Shown here one piece after another: positions 32,680-33,756 of a stretch of DNA of 33,756 nt (positions are counted from its first letter, which is position 1; every line of letters starts with the position of its first letter). The DNA is from Clostridia bacterium (GTDB taxonomy: Bacteria; Bacillota; Clostridia; Monoglobales; Monoglobaceae): contig JAZQLR010000023.1 in the NCBI GenBank assembly GCA_045542775.1, forward strand, positions 1 through 33,756, given 5' to 3'. The position numbers and the translations under genes were made by a program. The notes beneath the pieces were generated by a model. That model was not told the origin of the DNA. It ran no database searches and was given only the letters and a program-made list of their open reading frames with translations.

Positions 32680-33756
32680 TTAAAGATTTTCAGCTTCGAA
32701 CTTCTTCATAAATTCAACGAGCTTTTCAACACCCTCGTAAGGCATAGCGTTGTAGATGCTTGCACGCATACCGCCAACCGATCTGTGACCCTTGAGGTTT
32801 TCAAAGCCTGCTGCAGCTGCTTCCTTGCAGAACTTCTTGTCAAGGTCAGCATCGCCTGTAACGAAGCAAACATTCATCATTGAACGATACTTCTTTTCAG
32901 CGGTGGGCTTGAAGAGCTTTGAAGAATCAAGGTAATCGTAAAGAAGGTTTGCCTTCTTCTCGTTTCTCTCTTTCATTGCTTCAAGACCGCCATTCTTAAG
33001 CGCCCATTTGTAAACCAGACCTGCAACATAGATTGCATAGCAGGGAGGTGTGTTATACATTGAATCGTTGTCTGCCATTGTCTTGTAGTCGAGCATTGTG
33101 GGGATATCCTCACGGGCATTACCCATAAGATCCTCACGGATAATAACAACAGTAAGACCAGCTGGCGCCATATTCTTCTGTGCGCCGGCATAGATAACGC
33201 CGAACTTGGTAACATCAACAGGCTCACTTGTGATGCAGGAAGACATATCAGCAACTAAAACCTTGTCACCAACCTTGGGAACTTCGGGGAACTTAGTACC
33301 GAAAATGGTGTTGTTGTAGCAAACATGAACATAGTCAGCATCTGCGCGAACCATATCGGGGGTAATTTCGGGGATATAGCTGAATGTCTTGTCCTCGGAG
33401 GTTGCAATACATTTTGCATCGCCGTACTTCTTAGCTTCCTTGAAAGCCTTGCCTGAGAACTGACCTGACACAACATAGTCAGCCTTGCCGTTCTTCATCA
33501 GGTTAAGGGGAACTGCCGCAAACTGTGTTGAAGCACCGCCCTGAAGGAAAAGAACCTTGTAGTTATCAGGGATATTCATAAGTTCTCTGAAATCCGCCTC
33601 GGTCTGCTTGATTATTGCATCATAAACAGGGGAACGGTGGCTCATCTCCATAACGGACATACCTGAACCGTTGTAGTCTATCATTTCAGCCGCTGCCTGC
33701 TCCAGAACCTCAAGAGGAAGCATTGACGGACCTGCCGAAAAGTTGTAAATTCTGCT
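32680..33756 (-). CDS. serC: Phosphoserine aminotransferase, 5'-partial at window edge
   Basis: The frame stays open to the last base of the window (…SRIYNFSAGPSMLPLEVLEQAA…), so the track start at 33723 is internal. The class-V aminotransferase pattern is visible. Confidence 0.93.
   Translation of the reverse strand, partial: SRIYNFSAGPSMLPLEVLEQAAAEMIDYNGSGMSVMEMSHRSPVYDAIIKQTEADFRELMNIPDNYKVLFLQGGASTQFAAVPLNLMKNGKADYVVSGQFSGKAFKEAKKYGDAKCIATSEDKTFSYIPEITPDMVRADADYVHVCYNNTIFGTKFPEVPKVGDKVLVADMSSCITSEPVDVTKFGVIYAGAQKNMAPAGLTVVIIREDLMGNAREDIPTMLDYKTMADNDSMYNTPPCYAIYVAGLVYKWALKNGGLEAMKERNEKKANLLYDYLDSSKLFKPTAEKKYRSMMNVCFVTGDADLDKKFCKEAAAAGFENLKGHRSVGGMRASIYNAMPYEGVEKLVEFMKKFEAENL

Noticed and set aside
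1-33756. CRISPR array, prophage, transposon, integron or defence island
   Set aside because: The repeats are dispersed, structured and of several unrelated families, without regular spacing. I saw no cas, integrase, transposase, recombinase, restriction-modification or toxin-like ORFs in any frame.

Overview
This looks like a chromosomal segment from an endospore-forming Firmicute, probably class Clostridia; the taxon is inferred from gene content and order only. Most of it is housekeeping. It holds a 5'-partial rpoD and the Bacillus-like minus-strand block yqfC-yqfD-phoH-ybeY-era-yqzL-recO. It also holds ylbJ, a DD-carboxypeptidase, tsaE-tsaB, a dCMP deaminase, a phosphofructokinase, an SDR, queT, ptsH, tRNA-Ser(GGA), pdxK, an RsuA-family pseudouridine synthase, a DUF4830 protein and metY. 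Further along are the conserved pyrH-frr-uppS-cdsA-dxr-rseP block, ytvI, a type-A RNase P RNA, serA and a 5'-partial serC. The only clearly accessory island is about 20.2-23.5 kb. It carries a sigma-A-driven operon encoding an SLH cell-wall protein, an HPr-kinase-like P-loop protein, a PqqD-like RRE protein and a soluble SipW-like (Ser-His-type) peptidase. A divergent DUF1540 mini-gene sits beside it. No precursor peptide and no other RiPP enzyme is visible, so this is my best candidate for an undescribed system. The intergenic space is unusually rich in structured repeats. Family B has three copies of a ~160-nt RNA, each with its own promoter, covarying helices, a covarying long-range pairing and a terminator; one copy is the leader of a 49-aa acidic ORF. 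Family A has six copies of a covarying stem/junction element, always placed between a stop codon and the next terminator. Families C and D are shorter dispersed repeats. I saw no CRISPR array, transposase, integrase or rRNA. All calls come from reading the sequence and translations by eye; no database search was run.
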